DNA of 64,000 nt. It comes from Vicugna vicugna (lineage: Eukaryota). Within the stretch, counting starts at the first letter, position 1, and every line of letters starts with the position of its first letter. The stretch spans positions 310,001 to 374,000 of the forward strand of contig MU058000.1 of assembly GCA_013265495.1 (NCBI GenBank), read 5' to 3'. The notes below the pieces were generated by a model. That model was not told where the DNA came from. It saw only the letters and a list, made by a program, of their open reading frames with translations, and did not search any database. Shown here piece by piece: positions 12,300-25,379 of this stretch. A program made the translations under genes and the position numbers.

Positions 12300-13465
12300 A
12301 ACCCTTCCTGGCTTTGAGATCCACATCATTCTTCATCAACTCTGCCCTCCTTACTGGCAGCAGCTGACCGACTCATTCTCTTTACTGAGGGGTTTGGCAT
12401 ATGATCAATTAATGCCTTCACAACAGCATCATCAACACCCAAATATCTAGCCAACAAACCAACATCAAAGTTATTTGACTGTTGTATTCCAACCACCTTC
12501 ACCCACATTTCACAACAGCAACCCACTGCACTACCCACTCCTAGGACTTTACCTCTGAAAATCTAAGCTCCCATACAAGCATTCCTACCAAATAAGCAAC
12601 TTGTGCTTATAGATTCCTTTCTCTCCACTCTCCCATCCCTTAGCCACCTGGCAGTACCTTACACGATCCCAGACTAGCCTCATGCAGTTTGTACCAGCCT
12701 TCACAGCAGTATGTTTTCACTACCATGAATTACTTACTACACTACTGCTTTACTCTTCCAGGGGGAAGAAATCAGTCAAGATTCACATCATCCTAGTCCA
12801 TCCCTATCAACTTACTCAAGCTTACTTATTTCTTTCAAGATCTTCAGAAGAAAATAAGCCCAGTCTCCTACTGAATCCTATCCACCAGGTTTTTATTCAG
12901 CTCCTCACATCTCCTCATGGACTTTCTCCACCCATCTGTGACAAACGGAATGAACACTTTCTCAGTTCCTCTTTTAGCCTATCTGCCACATTGACACTCC
13001 TGACTATACCTTTCTTAAAATGCCCTGTCTGGTTTTCTAAGACACCATTCTCTTCTGGTTTTCCTCCTGTTTTGCATTTGGTCCTTTATTTTTATTTGCT
13101 AGAAACTCTTTCTCAATTCTTTCCTTCAACATTGGTGTTCTAGAATTTCATCCTCTTCTCTCTCCCTGCATGATTGGCATCCAAATCCTATGATGTCAAC
13201 TACCAACAACAGGTTATTAGTTTTCCAATATTTAACTTTAATCTCAACTTCCCCCTCAACTTCTAACTCATTATGTACTAAACTGTTTGCAACCTACACT
13301 TTCATGGTTAGGCTGAAGGTCCTTTCCACCTAAATCAACATACTGAAAAACTGGATTTGGCATTATTCTCTCCAGTTCTGTTCTGTCTATATTAACCATC
13401 TTGACAAAGAGCTTCATTATCCAACTAATCACCCAAATCTACATCTAGTCATCCTTGATTCTATA
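12300..13465 (+). mobile_element. Degraded L2 internal fragment
   Basis: C/T-rich; cacattgacactcctgactatacctttcttaaaa...gacaccattctcttctggttttcctcct is characteristic of the L2 ORF2 region. Confidence 0.7.
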
Positions 13466-13474
13466 CCTTTTCCA

Positions 13475-13725
13475 GCACAGCAATGTAGTTAAGAACTCAA
13501 GCATTTGACCATCTGAGTTTCAACCCTGTCTCTACTACTCTCCAGATTTAAGACCTTGGGGCAAGTTACTTAACTTCTCATGTCTCAACTTCCTCTTCAG
13601 ATAGAAATTAATACCATACAAACTGCAGGGATGATGTGAATATTAAGTGAGTAACATGTAAAGTTCTTATAGTAATAAAACTAGCATAAACTAAGTGCTG
13701 AAAAAAATGTTTGCTAGTATTATTA
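13475..13725 (+). mobile_element. MIR, near full length
   Basis: gtagttaagaactcaagc...ctgagtttcaaccctgtctctact...gaccttggggcaagttacttaacttctc...attaagtgag...tgtaaag. Confidence 0.85.
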
Positions 13726-13847
13726 TCATCGTCACAGCCAATCAACGTATGATATGTACTTTATTTTCTTTTACGATCAGCTTTTCTTCTTCATATCTCT
13801 AATTCTACTTTTGTTTATGCCCTCATCAACTCTGAAAGACTATTATG

Positions 13848-14029
13848 CCATATTTCACCAATATCAACACATTTTTTTTTTTTACATTTTACCTTCTCCG
13901 TATTAGGATGTTGTCTTATGGTTGATAGCATGTCATGTTTTCAAAGGCAGTATATATTTTTTTTCTTTAGTAGCACACAACAATGATGCATCTTACAATT
14001 GATGGTGTCTTAGGTTCAATGAAATAGAG
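13848..14029. mobile_element. MER104-like TcMar-Tc2 MITE
   Basis: Ends ccatatttca / tgaaatagag; internal ttacattttaccttctccgtattaggatg and gcatcttacaattgatggtgtcttag match the remembered MER104 consensus. Confidence 0.8.
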
Positions 14030-14279
14030 TAAAAGCCTCTTACCTATTCTTTCAGCCTCCATTCTGCTCTGCCCACACCACTTAAATGACCCCAAATTCA
14101 GTACTGCCAGTAGCCTATGTAGGACTGGAGAAGAATTCACAAAATAGCTGAAAACATTCTACAAATAGCAGCTATTACAAGATAATTTCATCTTTCATTA
14201 TAAGCATTTTTATGGTAGCTGTATTTTAATTATAATTTTTTCCTCAAAATTCCTTAATCTTTGAAGATGTATCCATGTA

Positions 14280-14470
14280 TTCACTTATTCAATAGACATT
14301 TATCATGTTCCAGGAACTGGGTGCTGGGGATCATAGCTGTAAATAAAACAGGATCAAATCCCAGTACTCATAGAGTTTTCATGCTAATAAATGGAGATTT
14401 AAAAATAAATAATATGGAATCTGTATCATATGATGATGGTGCTATGGAGAAAAACTAAAGCAGTAAGGAT
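14280..14470 (-). mobile_element. L2 3' fragment
   Basis: ttcacttattcaatagacatttat...tgttccaggaactgggtgctggggatcatagctgtaaataaaacag. Confidence 0.75.
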
Positions 14471-15054
14471 GGATGGATTAAACACACTCCTGACAATCAT
14501 GTTATGAAATGATTCCCCTGCATGGTGATAATGCTAATATCTAAAGATCTTAGAAATATTTCCCCAAATGCAAGATCTCAATTATGCATTTACCCAGGCA
14601 ACTTTGATTTGGCAAAGGGGTAAATCTCAAAAGCCTTGGGTTTACACAACCTGCAAGCTGATCCACTTTAGTTACCATACTAATAAGGCCCATAGTTAAA
14701 GCTTCTAAGGCCTTGACAAGTCTTTGCCTTTTATATTTTAGGAGATCATAAATGTTGAATGAGGGCACGAATCAGGTCCACAACTTACTGCCACCTATGC
14801 CTTTCCTGAACTCCCCAAATAGCTAAACATTCTTTTTAAAGGGCTTCAGTGCTCTGAAATAGGTGCTCCCAGGTGGCTGCTATAACTCATTTCAACCTGG
14901 TCTAGCAGGCATGAATAAGCCTCTTTATTGTTAGTTTTATCTTCCCTTCAGTGCTTGGGAATACAGAATGATCTCTAAAAGTTTACGCTTTATTAACTTC
15001 ATGAGCCACCAGGAAATTTCCTCCACTATCATCAGGGTAATTCGGCGCAGGTAC

Positions 15055-15705
15055 CTTTAGTGTCCTAATATGATTCTCAGCCTCACTCTTTTCCTTCTTG
15101 AAGTGCTTCATTAGCTCCTGGATATTTTGTTCATGTTTAGTTTTCACACTCTGCAATGAGGATGTGAGATCTTCCAGCTCCCTCTGGTGAACATCTCGCT
15201 CTAGTTTCAACTGTGTAATAATTGTAGCAGTTTCTTCATCTTTGGATTTTGCCTGTGTCTTGAAGTCAGAAAGGTTCTTAAGTACCTCTTTCCTGGCTCT
15301 CTGTTCCTCTGCCAATTTATTAGCGAGATCTGCCCGGATGGCACTCAAGTCCTTGATGGCTTCTTGCATCTCAAGAAGTTGAGCTTTGTCCTTGGCCTGG
15401 CTCTTCTTTAGCTCTGCAATTTCTTCCTCCAGGTGAGCTTTCTCAGATTTCATCTGGCTTTGAATCTTACTCTGCTTTTTCAGTTCACTTTCCAACCTAT
15501 GGATAGTATCCAAGGAATCCTTCACTTCTAGTTCAAGGTCAGCCTGATGAGACTTAATATCACTTAGTTTCTGCTCCTTACAGTGAAGCTCCTCATCTTG
15601 AAGGGCACGCTTGGTTAACACATCATTCAATTCCTTTCGAAGACTCTCTATTTGTTGTAACGCTGCATAAAGCTGGCTTTTCAATTCATCCTTTTCTTTC
15701 AGAAT
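15055..15705 (-). CDS. CEP128: CEP128 internal coding exon (651 nt, phase 0-0), ILKEKDELKSQLYAALQQIE...KKEKSEAENHIRTLK
   Basis: tttcctttatgctag|ATTCTG...CTAAAG|gtacct; overlaps the 233-aa ORF 14983..15684; 217 open codons of heptad-rich coiled coil. Confidence 0.97.
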
Positions 15706-17069
15706 CTAGCATAAAGGAAAAATTACTGTAAAATCCACCATAGACACTGCCAGAAAACAAAATAAAAAGTTTTGTCACAAGAAGAAAATTTCATCAAATA
15801 ATATTTTGTATTTTTTTTGGTTTTTAATACTTTTTAGGCTAAAAAAGGAAGAAAGATACAACTACTCTTAAGCAGCAACACTTTGAAATACATGTTTCAG
15901 ATCTTCATCACCAAAATGTATCAATCCTTGATCATAAATAATTATTTAAATATAATATAAAACTGAGCAAAAGAATGGGGATAAAAGACTCCAATTATAA
16001 TTTACCAGAAGTTGAAATAATATAGTGTTACTTAAAAATAACAATGATTTGTATTTCAATAGGACATTTTTTAAAAGGAAAAAACCTCAAATAGATATGG
16101 AAGATAATATAGAGAAGCATGTAAACACAATCTAAGAAAGCTTATGGTACAATCAGTCATTATTAATCAAATAATGGCCACAGTGAAAAGAAACATACCA
16201 GCATGTAATAGGGAGTCCCACAAAGGTAGAGGTGAGATTAATTTAAGATTAGGAGAGATTGGGAAGGGACTATGAGAACAGTCAAGGGACTAGATGGCCA
16301 TCACCCTCTGCCAGCCTCTTTAGGGGGTTAGGACTGACTTTGAGGGACAGAGGCCAAGAACTCACCCTCTAATTCTCACCAGCCATCAATACAAATAAAA
16401 AAGTCAGCAACTAAGGGAGCTAAAATTATTTCCCGCCCCCAAACACTGGTATTAGAAACATCTTTATACCTGTTTACTGCTGTCTACCATGGTTTGAACC
16501 CAGGGGGAAAAAAAGTTAAGATTCTCACTTTAGAATTAGAAATAATGAGTTAAAATGCAAATACTTTCAAGGCATTTTTACACTTTACACTTCTACAGTT
16601 CAGTGTGAAGCAATTCACCATAAAATGTAATGGTTTCCTCAAATCCTTCTCAGTTTTAACAGGAGAAACAGCATGAAGCTATCATGAGAAATAGTAAAGG
16701 AGGTGATTAAGCAGATGAGCTCCAGCCAGAGAGAACTGACTTTGGTTCTCTGTCCAGTCATAAGTAGTTCTACACCTTAAGAAAATTATTTATCTTTATA
16801 AAGATAATAATATTAGCTACGTCATAGGATTATGATAAAGACTAGTGGGAAAGGGGACAAAAAGTAGAAGTGGGGTTTAAGTTCAAGGAGAAACAGGATC
16901 TTAGGGAGATATTCATGCAAGATAGTGATCAGAACTGTGGAGAGAGGAGATAACTGGTAAAGCAATGTCCCTGGATTGAAAAGACTCTAGAACACAGATG
17001 AAAGAGTTCACTTTGGAAAGATTTTAAGACAGTGAAAAAGGCTAGAAATATAGATAAGCCTATGGGTGG

Positions 17070-17665
17070 ACGTGTTATTTTTCCACTGCAGTGTAACAAA
17101 TTCCAACAAATTTCATGGCTTAAAACAATACCCATTTATTAGCTCACTGTTTCAACAGGTCCCAAGTCTAGACAAAGTATTCTGCCTAGGGTCTCCTAAG
17201 GCTAAAATCAAGATGCCAGCTAGCCTGGGCTCTTTCTTAGCTGAAGATTTTGGGGGAAAACGCACTTCCAAGTTCATTCATGCTATTGGAAAAATTTAGT
17301 TCTGTGCACCTAGGACTTGAGTCCCTGTTTCCTCACTAGCTTTGGGGCTGGGGGTTTTGCTGAGTTTCTAAAGGCCACCCACACTCCTTGGCTCATGGAC
17401 TCCTCAATCTCTGGAGCCAGTCACACCATAATGAATCCTTCTTGTATTTTGAATCCCTCTGATTTCCCCTTCTCCCCAAAGCCAGAAAAATTTATCTGCT
17501 TTTAAGGGCTCCTGTGATTAGATTAGGCCCATCCAGATAATCCTCTTATCTTAAAATCAACTATGCCATATAACACATCATAATCATGGGAGTGATATTT
17601 TATCATAACCACAGGTTCCAGGAATTAGGCTGAGACATCCTTGGGAGGTCATTCTACTTACCACA
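17070..17665 (-). mobile_element. MLT1 (ERVL-MaLR) solo LTR
   Basis: gtaacaaattccaacaaatttcatggcttaaaacaatacccatttattagctcac...gattagattaggcccatccagataatc...attctacttaccaca; reverse complement starts tgtggtaagtagaat. Confidence 0.88.
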
Positions 17666-18087
17666 CTAGAGAAGACAAAAACTGACAGAATCCAGTCTGG
17701 GCTGTAAGGATAAGGCGGGAGGGATCTGAGAACGAGGGGAGGTGGCTTAAATATAGTGAATAATGTTTGGAATAGATAACACAGGCCCTGGCCATGAGTT
17801 GAGCGACTTCCATGCAGCCGTAAAGACAAAAATCATATTTTCAGGATAAAGCTCTTGTAGGTAAGATATCTTTGATTGCAAAATACTAGAAGATGGTTTA
17901 AACAGCAGGACATTTATTTTTCTCACATAACGGGAAGACTCGAGATGGGGTGGTTCAAGAAGAATCCTTCAAAGCTCAGACTCTGCTACTCTACAACCCT
18001 CAGGTCTTGCCTCCCACTTTAGTGTTCTGAGCATCAACATCAATTCATGACAAAAGTGACGGCCTTAGGGTAGACAGTTCCAGAATA

Positions 18088-18764
18088 CGTTGGTCAAGTT
18101 TGAAATTTTTTTGGTACTACAGACAGTAAAAAACTAAGTAAGTTCTGTCTATGTGCCTTTGTTAATGCTTGGCTAGTAGTCACAGCTCAAGATTTTGTCT
18201 AGACACTGTCTTCAGACAGAGTCTGAAATACCATTGTCTTAACCAGCACCTCAATATCCTGGATATTCCCAGGGGCCCTCAGTTGAACAGCCTTTATCTT
18301 GAGGGAATTCAAAACAATGGACTTGAGTCCCCTTTGTCTGGCCAGAAATGCTTAAGCAGACTTACTTGAAAGGGGCCTGAGAAATCAGGCTTGTTCTTGA
18401 CCTCATTTTTATTTCTGCTAAGTTTCCTATCTCCCTCTCTTGCCTGGACTAACTTCAGCACGGATAGATAATTTGGCTTTGATAACTCTACAAGACTCCA
18501 AATTATCAGACTCAGTAAATCTAGATCACAGATTGCAGATATTCAGTCTCCCAACCCCCTAAAACCTTGCTCTCTGCTTTTAGACAGACCGGCTTCAACC
18601 TGCACTCGTCTTTCTCTTTTAGGACTTTTCTGAAGGCTGCAATCACACACACAACAGACTCCAACATCCTAAAGTTTTCCTACTGGTCACTTAATATGAT
18701 ACCTTGAGGCACAGCATCAGTCCCCCAACGTATGACTTCTGATGGTTTAACCAACTACTTTCAA
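18088..18764 (-). mobile_element. Possible old ERV LTR (family unassigned)
   Basis: Compositionally distinct block of about 680 bp ending in ...ctactttca (reverse complement TGAAAG); lies between MLT1-like fragments; no convincing TSD. Confidence 0.3.
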
Positions 18765-18899
18765 TAGCACAGTAAGGTTTTCCAACTTTCTCTTTAGAAG
18801 AGTATGGCCGTCCTCGTCCTCACCTCACTTCTCCACTTAGTCAATTCTACATTTTATGTTCTTTTACTTATAGCTCTTTACTCCTAGAATTGATGTTTC

Positions 18900-19400
18900 A
18901 CATCAGCTTGAATTTCTTTCGCTGAGAGTAAGAGAAAACTCCAATTCAAGTTGGCATAAACTACAAGGCAATTTATTATCATTCCAATACAGGCAGAACT
19001 GCTCCAGACTCAGTATGTCAAACTTCTAGGGCCACCTCTCTGCATTTCTCTCAGCAATACCCTCCCTGAGTGAGGCTTCATTCTTGGACCATGGCAGACA
19101 GCTTCAGCCTTTCCAGCATCACAGCCAAATACAACAATATTCCAAAGAAGAACCTCTCCCTCCTAGTGTATCTTTTTTAGAAGTGAGTAATTATTTACCA
19201 GAATCTCCCCAACAGACTTCATAGTTCATTCCTCACTGATCAGAAGAGGGTTACATATGCCTAATAATAAGCCTACATTAATTTTTGAATGGAACAGAAT
19301 GGATTGGGGTTGGGGAGGTAACAAGACTGCTATAGGAACCAACTGATAGTCTATGTTAAGTTTTGCTGGTCTATTCAAGAGTAGGAATGGAAAAGGTGGA
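18900..19400 (-). mobile_element. Old MLT1 (J/K-like) LTR remnant
   Basis: gtaagagaaaactccaattcaagttggcataaac...aatttatt and cagacttc...ctcactgatcagaagagggttacatatgcc resemble the MLT1K reverse strand. Confidence 0.55.
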
Positions 19401-22400
19401 GAGTTGGGCTGATTTCCAGGCTGCAGATTGGTAAAATGTGTGAGGCGGCAGCAAGCAACTGAAGATGCTCCTGAGCATGTCATCAGAGCAGCTTTTCATG
19501 GAGTCCAGTCTGACAGGAAAATACGGATTCCAGGAAATGGCTGCTCAACCAAAGGAATGTGGAAAGATCAAATTCAGATGGCAATGGTTACAAAAGGAAA
19601 ACGGAATTTTCTGTAATGTGTACAATCAGAGACTGACATTTTAGAACTAAAGATCTGAACAAAGAAAAATTAGAGATGATGACAAATTTTAGCCACAGAA
19701 ATTAGTTGCTGAGTGATTTGAAGGTCACTGTAAAATAGGAAATTAGTGAATTATAAGGATACAGAGTTCAATGGGTTGCTGACTTGAGCTTTGAGATCAC
19801 CAAAGCTAATGGCAAAAATTACATGAAATGAAACAGGCTGAGGGAAAGCCAGGTGTGAAAATCCTTGAGAAATGTGGTGGCATAAAAATAAGCAGCAATC
19901 AGGAACAATGGGAAGGGAATGTTCTAACCAAACATTGCTTCCACAGAGGAAGAGCTATAAAGGAAGATTACAAAAGAACGACTGAAAATGGCTGTGTGAA
20001 GCTGGAAGAAAGATACTGCCTAAAATCACGGTGGTTATAGGAACAGGAACCAACTCCTCAAAGGCCTGACTACCAAGTATATACAGTTTTTTTTTTTTAA
20101 TTAACTAAAAGATAGACAAGAAAAGTTTTTAAAGAAAAAAGTTATTTTTCCGCATGTGAGGGAACATACAGGAAGACTGGTGGATTATCAACGTGTCAGT
20201 ACGCTGCCTTTCGTAAGTTGCACATGACAGGACTACACATATTTTTAAAAGGATGCACTTTAGCTGATTCTTCTTACTTTTCAAACATTAAAAGATTCAA
20301 ATTTAAAAAGACAGTACATATAGTTCTTTTTCCCTCAGCTTGAAGGCAATACACAGAAAGAAAAGATGGCAAGTTAAGATTCCTGAAGTCAAATACTATC
20401 AAAGCAAAAAGCTCAGTACACGGACAAGCCAATTATTCTGCCAATTCAACAAGAAAAACAAGCCAAAACAAAACAAAGCCTAGGAATCATTCCCATTATC
20501 CATGTTAAAAAAGAAAATGAATTTGGAAACATTCAGAAAAGCATACACTATGATTAAAATCCAAGTTCAAGCTTCCTCCTTTATCATTTTCAAAGCATAT
20601 ATAAAACCAATGACTTCAAAAAGTGCTTTAAAAGAAAAAGACAAAAACAGCACAATTTATGATTAGATCATTTACATCTGTAAAATTTTAGGTCTTCCAA
20701 TGTTTTCATCTACATATCTCTAAAGAACATCATGAATCCCTGACATAAACATTCATGCCACTGTCTTTTAAGGAAAATACACAACCTGACCTTTCTGGGT
20801 TTTGCTGCCATGATATGCTAATTGTTTGATATTCCATATTCTTCAGTAATGTAGTTTTGTTATATGATATATATCTGATAATCTTATGAAGATTCCAAAA
20901 ATATAAAAAGCATGGAAACAAATACATCAGAGCAATTTTTTGGAGAATAAAAGCCTTTGGCCTTCTAATGAATTTTTAAGTGGCACATCATAAAGCAGAA
21001 AATAAATTATGCTGGAAAAAGAAAAATGGAAGTAGGCACAGAACTATTTTGAAAATGCAAAAATTGCATCTGTTGAGCATATAAAATGGCTCAACAAAGC
21101 TACTTATTAAACAATTACTTTATTCTTTAAACCATAATGGTTTTATTTGTAAAGCAGTATCATTTTTATTTTAACGTAACACTTCCAAATATACCATGGA
21201 GTCACTTTTGGAAAATAATTAGTCCAGAAAACAAAAAAGGAGCAGGCTATATTATTAATGCCTTAAGGTGGCTCTGTCATTTTATTAAAAATTAAATACT
21301 CTTTGGAGGTATTATTCAGTAAAATATTTAAAAATACATACTTTTTTCCAAAATTATTTACAACATATTTTCACCTCAGAGATTTACTGGACACTTGAAT
21401 TTGCAGTGAAATATTTGTTACCCTTTCTTCCTTGATTAACCATTGCTCTCTGACATGCTGCATTAATTTTAAGGCTTTTAAAGTTGAAATTACAATGCCT
21501 GCTGTGATAATTGTAATACTATCCTAACTGTGGCAATCACTTTAAAACTACTTCTTTGCTTATCATTAGCAATGCTAAGTGATAAAAGTAATTATATCAG
21601 GAGTTTTCTGGGAAATGATTGTTTTAACAATTTTTAATATTCTGAAAAGCTCAATCTAGAAAACTTTCAGCACCATGGATTAAGATACTATCTGATGACA
21701 TGGATCCTTCTAAATTTCCTCTAATTAAGCAAAATCTCCAGATGATTCTCAATCAATCCCCGCATCCACTCTTCTCTCCAGCTACCTGCCTTACAGTCAG
21801 ACTCACTGAACCAGTTGCCAAACCAGGCTGACAACAGAATCATTAAGGTAGAGCAATTTCCTGGGATCAAATCAATTTAGATTCAAGTACAAAAGCTTTG
21901 GAACTGCTTTAGCTTGGGGCAACCAGTCAGGCAGTGTCTGATGGGTTAAAGTGAAAAGGATTCCACAGTGAGAGTAAGGCGATCACTTCTTCCATCTTCT
22001 GTATGTACAAGAAACTCATATGTAAAAGATAGAGCAACTTTTCCATGACAGCTCATCTGTCATGAAATAAGCATCTGCCACTCTTAAGTGCAGACAATTG
22101 ATTTTATAAATATAATTGCCCTACATTTTGCTTTCTTTTGAAAAAAGTCAACTTATTCAAATTATTGTTCTTCTGGATTGTTCAGAGTTCTTGACCAAGT
22201 GACAAATGACAAAGCAGAAATGATAAAGCCAGCCTAAACATGGATAAAATTCAATCATGACCTTTCTGCTTATGTCTTATAAACATCTGAGTTTCATTCA
22301 ACACAAAGATATAGAAGCATGAAATTCATACGAAGTAACTGATTATACAAGAGAGAAGATGATGTGAAATGCATACACAGATCAGTGCCATACTTTTTGT

Positions 22401-22961
22401 TGCCATTAAAGGGGCACAAAAGTCTTAAAGAGGCTTGAGACCTGATAATACCGCTCAATCAGTAAGACTGTCAATGTCACTTAACTAAACTTGCAGCTGC
22501 TACCAGAAAATGGTCCAGAAGTAACAACTACATTTTTAAATATTTCTTTCTAACCAACACTAAAGTTGAAATATACAAAGAAACAAAACTTTAAAATACA
22601 TGCATTGGAGGAAAGGGGATGTGATATTAAAGAAGACTCTGTGATTTTCTTCCATTTGAATATAAAAGAATAATTTCAACGTAGGGAACTAAAAGCTAAA
22701 ATAGAGGAGGGGAGTGGATCTTTTTTAAGGGCCAACTCTGAAAAATCACAGAATGTTAAACTACTGAAAAGGCCTTAAAAAGATTTTTTTAAAAATCTGA
22801 TTACTCTTTACCTTGAAATAGCCATGACAAAAAGACTTTTCTACCAAGAACATCTTGATAGGTTATATGCATAATACAGCACTCCAGTGTTTGTTCAAAG
22901 GACAAATGAATGAATGGTTGGTCGCAGCAAAAATCATCCCTTAGGAATCTGGCTTTTATAC

Positions 22962-23312
22962 CTGATTATTTTTGTTTGTCAGTTGATCAAGAGATTCAGA
23001 CTGTTTCTCCAGTGCTCGCTCTAACTTCTTATGCTTTAGCTTCCACTGCCTAATAGACTCCTGAGCCTTCAGCTTCAGCTCTTCTCTCCTCTTCTCTGCC
23101 TCCTGCCTCAAGGCCTCTGACTGCTGGAACTCGAGGAGGTACTGCTCAGCCTGCTTGGTTGCCTCCTCTGCATGGTGAGTTAGCTTCGAGATCTGGAGGT
23201 CAGCACGCTTCTGCTTGGCGTCACATGCCTCAAAGTGATTCTGGATCTCCTTCAGTTCATCCAACATCTCTAGTTGCTGTTTTTCCCTCTTCTCCAATTC
23301 ACGTGTTAAATC
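22962..23312 (-). CDS. CEP128: CEP128 internal coding exon (351 nt, phase 0-0), DLTRELEKREKQQLEML...KAQESIRQWKLKHKKLERALEKQSESLDQLTNKNNQ
   Basis: cctcattcctag|GATTTA...AATCAG|gtataa; overlaps ORF 22956..23297; E/K/Q-rich coiled coil containing the CEP128 motif KAQESIRQWKLKHKKLERALEKQSE. Confidence 0.96.
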
Positions 23313-25119
23313 CTAGGAATGAGGCATGTGAAATATTATGAAATTGTTCTGGTCAAAATTGGACGCATAACGTATCATCAAACAAGAATTTCCCATGTCA
23401 CTAAATTAGCAATCAATCAAAAAAACATGAGTCCTTTCCTATGTATTTTATGATCACATTAGTTGAGGATAATTTTATATAAAAATATTTCCTCTTTTTT
23501 AGACTACCTCATTATCCAAAAAGGGAAAATTATTTTTTTCCAATTGACTATCACCAAAATAGAAAGCCTTGTTGATGAGAAAAACAATGTGCATTGCTTT
23601 ACTAAGAATGTAGTGTTTTGTCCAAATAAAGAAATGTCAATGTTTCAAAATTTGTCAGATTATCACAGCAACCATATATAATCATATGTAATATTTTACT
23701 TTTTGGCTGGCATAAAATTTTGTTATAATAAAATAAAAATCTAACAAAAAATGAGCACAGATAACAGAAATATAGTATAGATAACACTATATGTAAAGGT
23801 CTATTTAAAACTCTCAGTAAAGTGTTTCTAGATAGGTTATTTCCAGCTAAATCAACATAATGTTGTAAGTTGATGAACTGATCTCAAGTTTATACAAGTC
23901 ACTGTAGCACAGATTTTCAAATAAACTTAAATTTATGTGGAATACTTACCTAATCAAGAAAAGAACCTGAACTCTTAAAATCTAGCTTCCCTAAAACAGA
24001 GTTGGTCAATAATACATTTGGAACTTATACTAAATCATCATGATTCATACATTTTTAATTTGAGAAGAATGGGTAAATATTGATTTTTAACTTCAAAAAT
24101 GAGAGGTCATCACTTTTATATAACATTTTAAACAAATAAAAAGAATGTATGTTATAATCATTAACATTAAGCCACTCTCATAAAGCTTTGGAAGGGGGTG
24201 ACAAGTTCAGCAGTAAGTGCTTACAACGTGTCCCATAAGCTGCCCTTCCAGAGCCTCGGTTTCCAAACATCTGTGGTAACAAAAGTAACATAAAAAGATC
24301 ATGTGTCCAAGTGAGATTGGGTTCAGGAGGCTAAGATGACACTGTGAGCTGGACCAACAGGAAATATTACCTACATTGTATTAAGGCACCTACAAACAGG
24401 AGACTGGAAACATTTACCAACTTCCTCTGGCTCTAAGAGCAGGCTATTAAGTTCCAGATTCCATTATCCCTGAACTGTGGCTCAAATAAAGCTAAATATA
24501 ATTTCTCTCATGATTAAAGCCATGGTTTGACATTATGGCAACAGAATTAATGCCTCGAAAACAAGAGGTCTGCATTTGCTCAGCTTGCTAAATTCAACGC
24601 AGCCTGGAAGAGATGAGTCACTCCTTTGTCCACCCAAACAAAACAGTAAATTGAGAACTGTGCACTTGTTTGTGTGGAAAATTCTAATGAGATCAGAAAA
24701 CCCTAGTGATGGTGGTCTGCCCTTTTGCCCATATCTAAAAGTTTTACCACTATGCCAGAAATCAACTTTATTATCAAGCAGTATTCAAGTGATTTCTGCA
24801 TCAACAGAGAGATACCATTTTTTCCCCCAGACCAAACACTTGGGAGAGTGGTTATACTTCCTATGTGTTAGATACACAGTTCATAGAAAGGTTAATAAGA
24901 CCTGGCTTCAACACCAAAGAAGCTAATAATCTAACTGGGGAGAAACTCACACTAACAGCTAAATTACAACAGTGCTAAAATGTGCTGGACAGTTAGCTAC
25001 CTGAACAGGTCTATAGTCTATGGTGCGGCTGGGGACGGTCTCTCTTAGGAGGTGACATACGAGCTAAGATCTAAATGACAAGGAGCTAGCGATAATAATG
25101 AAAATAATGATGTTGATGA

Positions 25120-25350
25120 CAGCAACTACTAAAGCTTACTGAGCACTTACACTGTGCAAGGGATGGTGCAAGTGCTTTATATGAATTACCTCATTCAATC
25201 CCACCACAAACTAAAGTAAGGCACCATTATCATCCTGACTTTAGTGACAGGTAACCAACACTTGAAACGTGCCCAAGAGCACATACCTAACAAGTGAGGG
25301 CACAGGATTTAGACCCAGATAGTCTGGCTCCAGAGCCCAGGTTTTCAACC
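25120..25350 (-). mobile_element. MIR
   Basis: cttactgagcacttacactgtgc...gtgctttatatgaattacctcattcaatcccacc...caggatttagacccagatagtctggctccagagccc. Confidence 0.85.
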
Positions 25351-25379
25351 CTTGTTAAGCTTTCAGTTTCTCAGATGAC

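Noticed and set aside
12682..13143. 153-aa plus-strand ORF
   Set aside because: Lies in a decayed C/T-rich L2 fragment; the L/S/F/P-rich composition is typical of a chance ORF; no recognisable domain or splice context.
22045..22066. Small hairpin catgacag-ctcat-ctgtcatg
   Set aside because: An 8-bp stem is expected by chance in 64 kb; no snoRNA, tRNA or miRNA context.
23159..23341. Plus-strand ORF overlapping a CEP128 exon (also 49776..50039 and 57192..57404)
   Set aside because: Short antisense shadows of coding exons; no independent evidence for an antisense gene.
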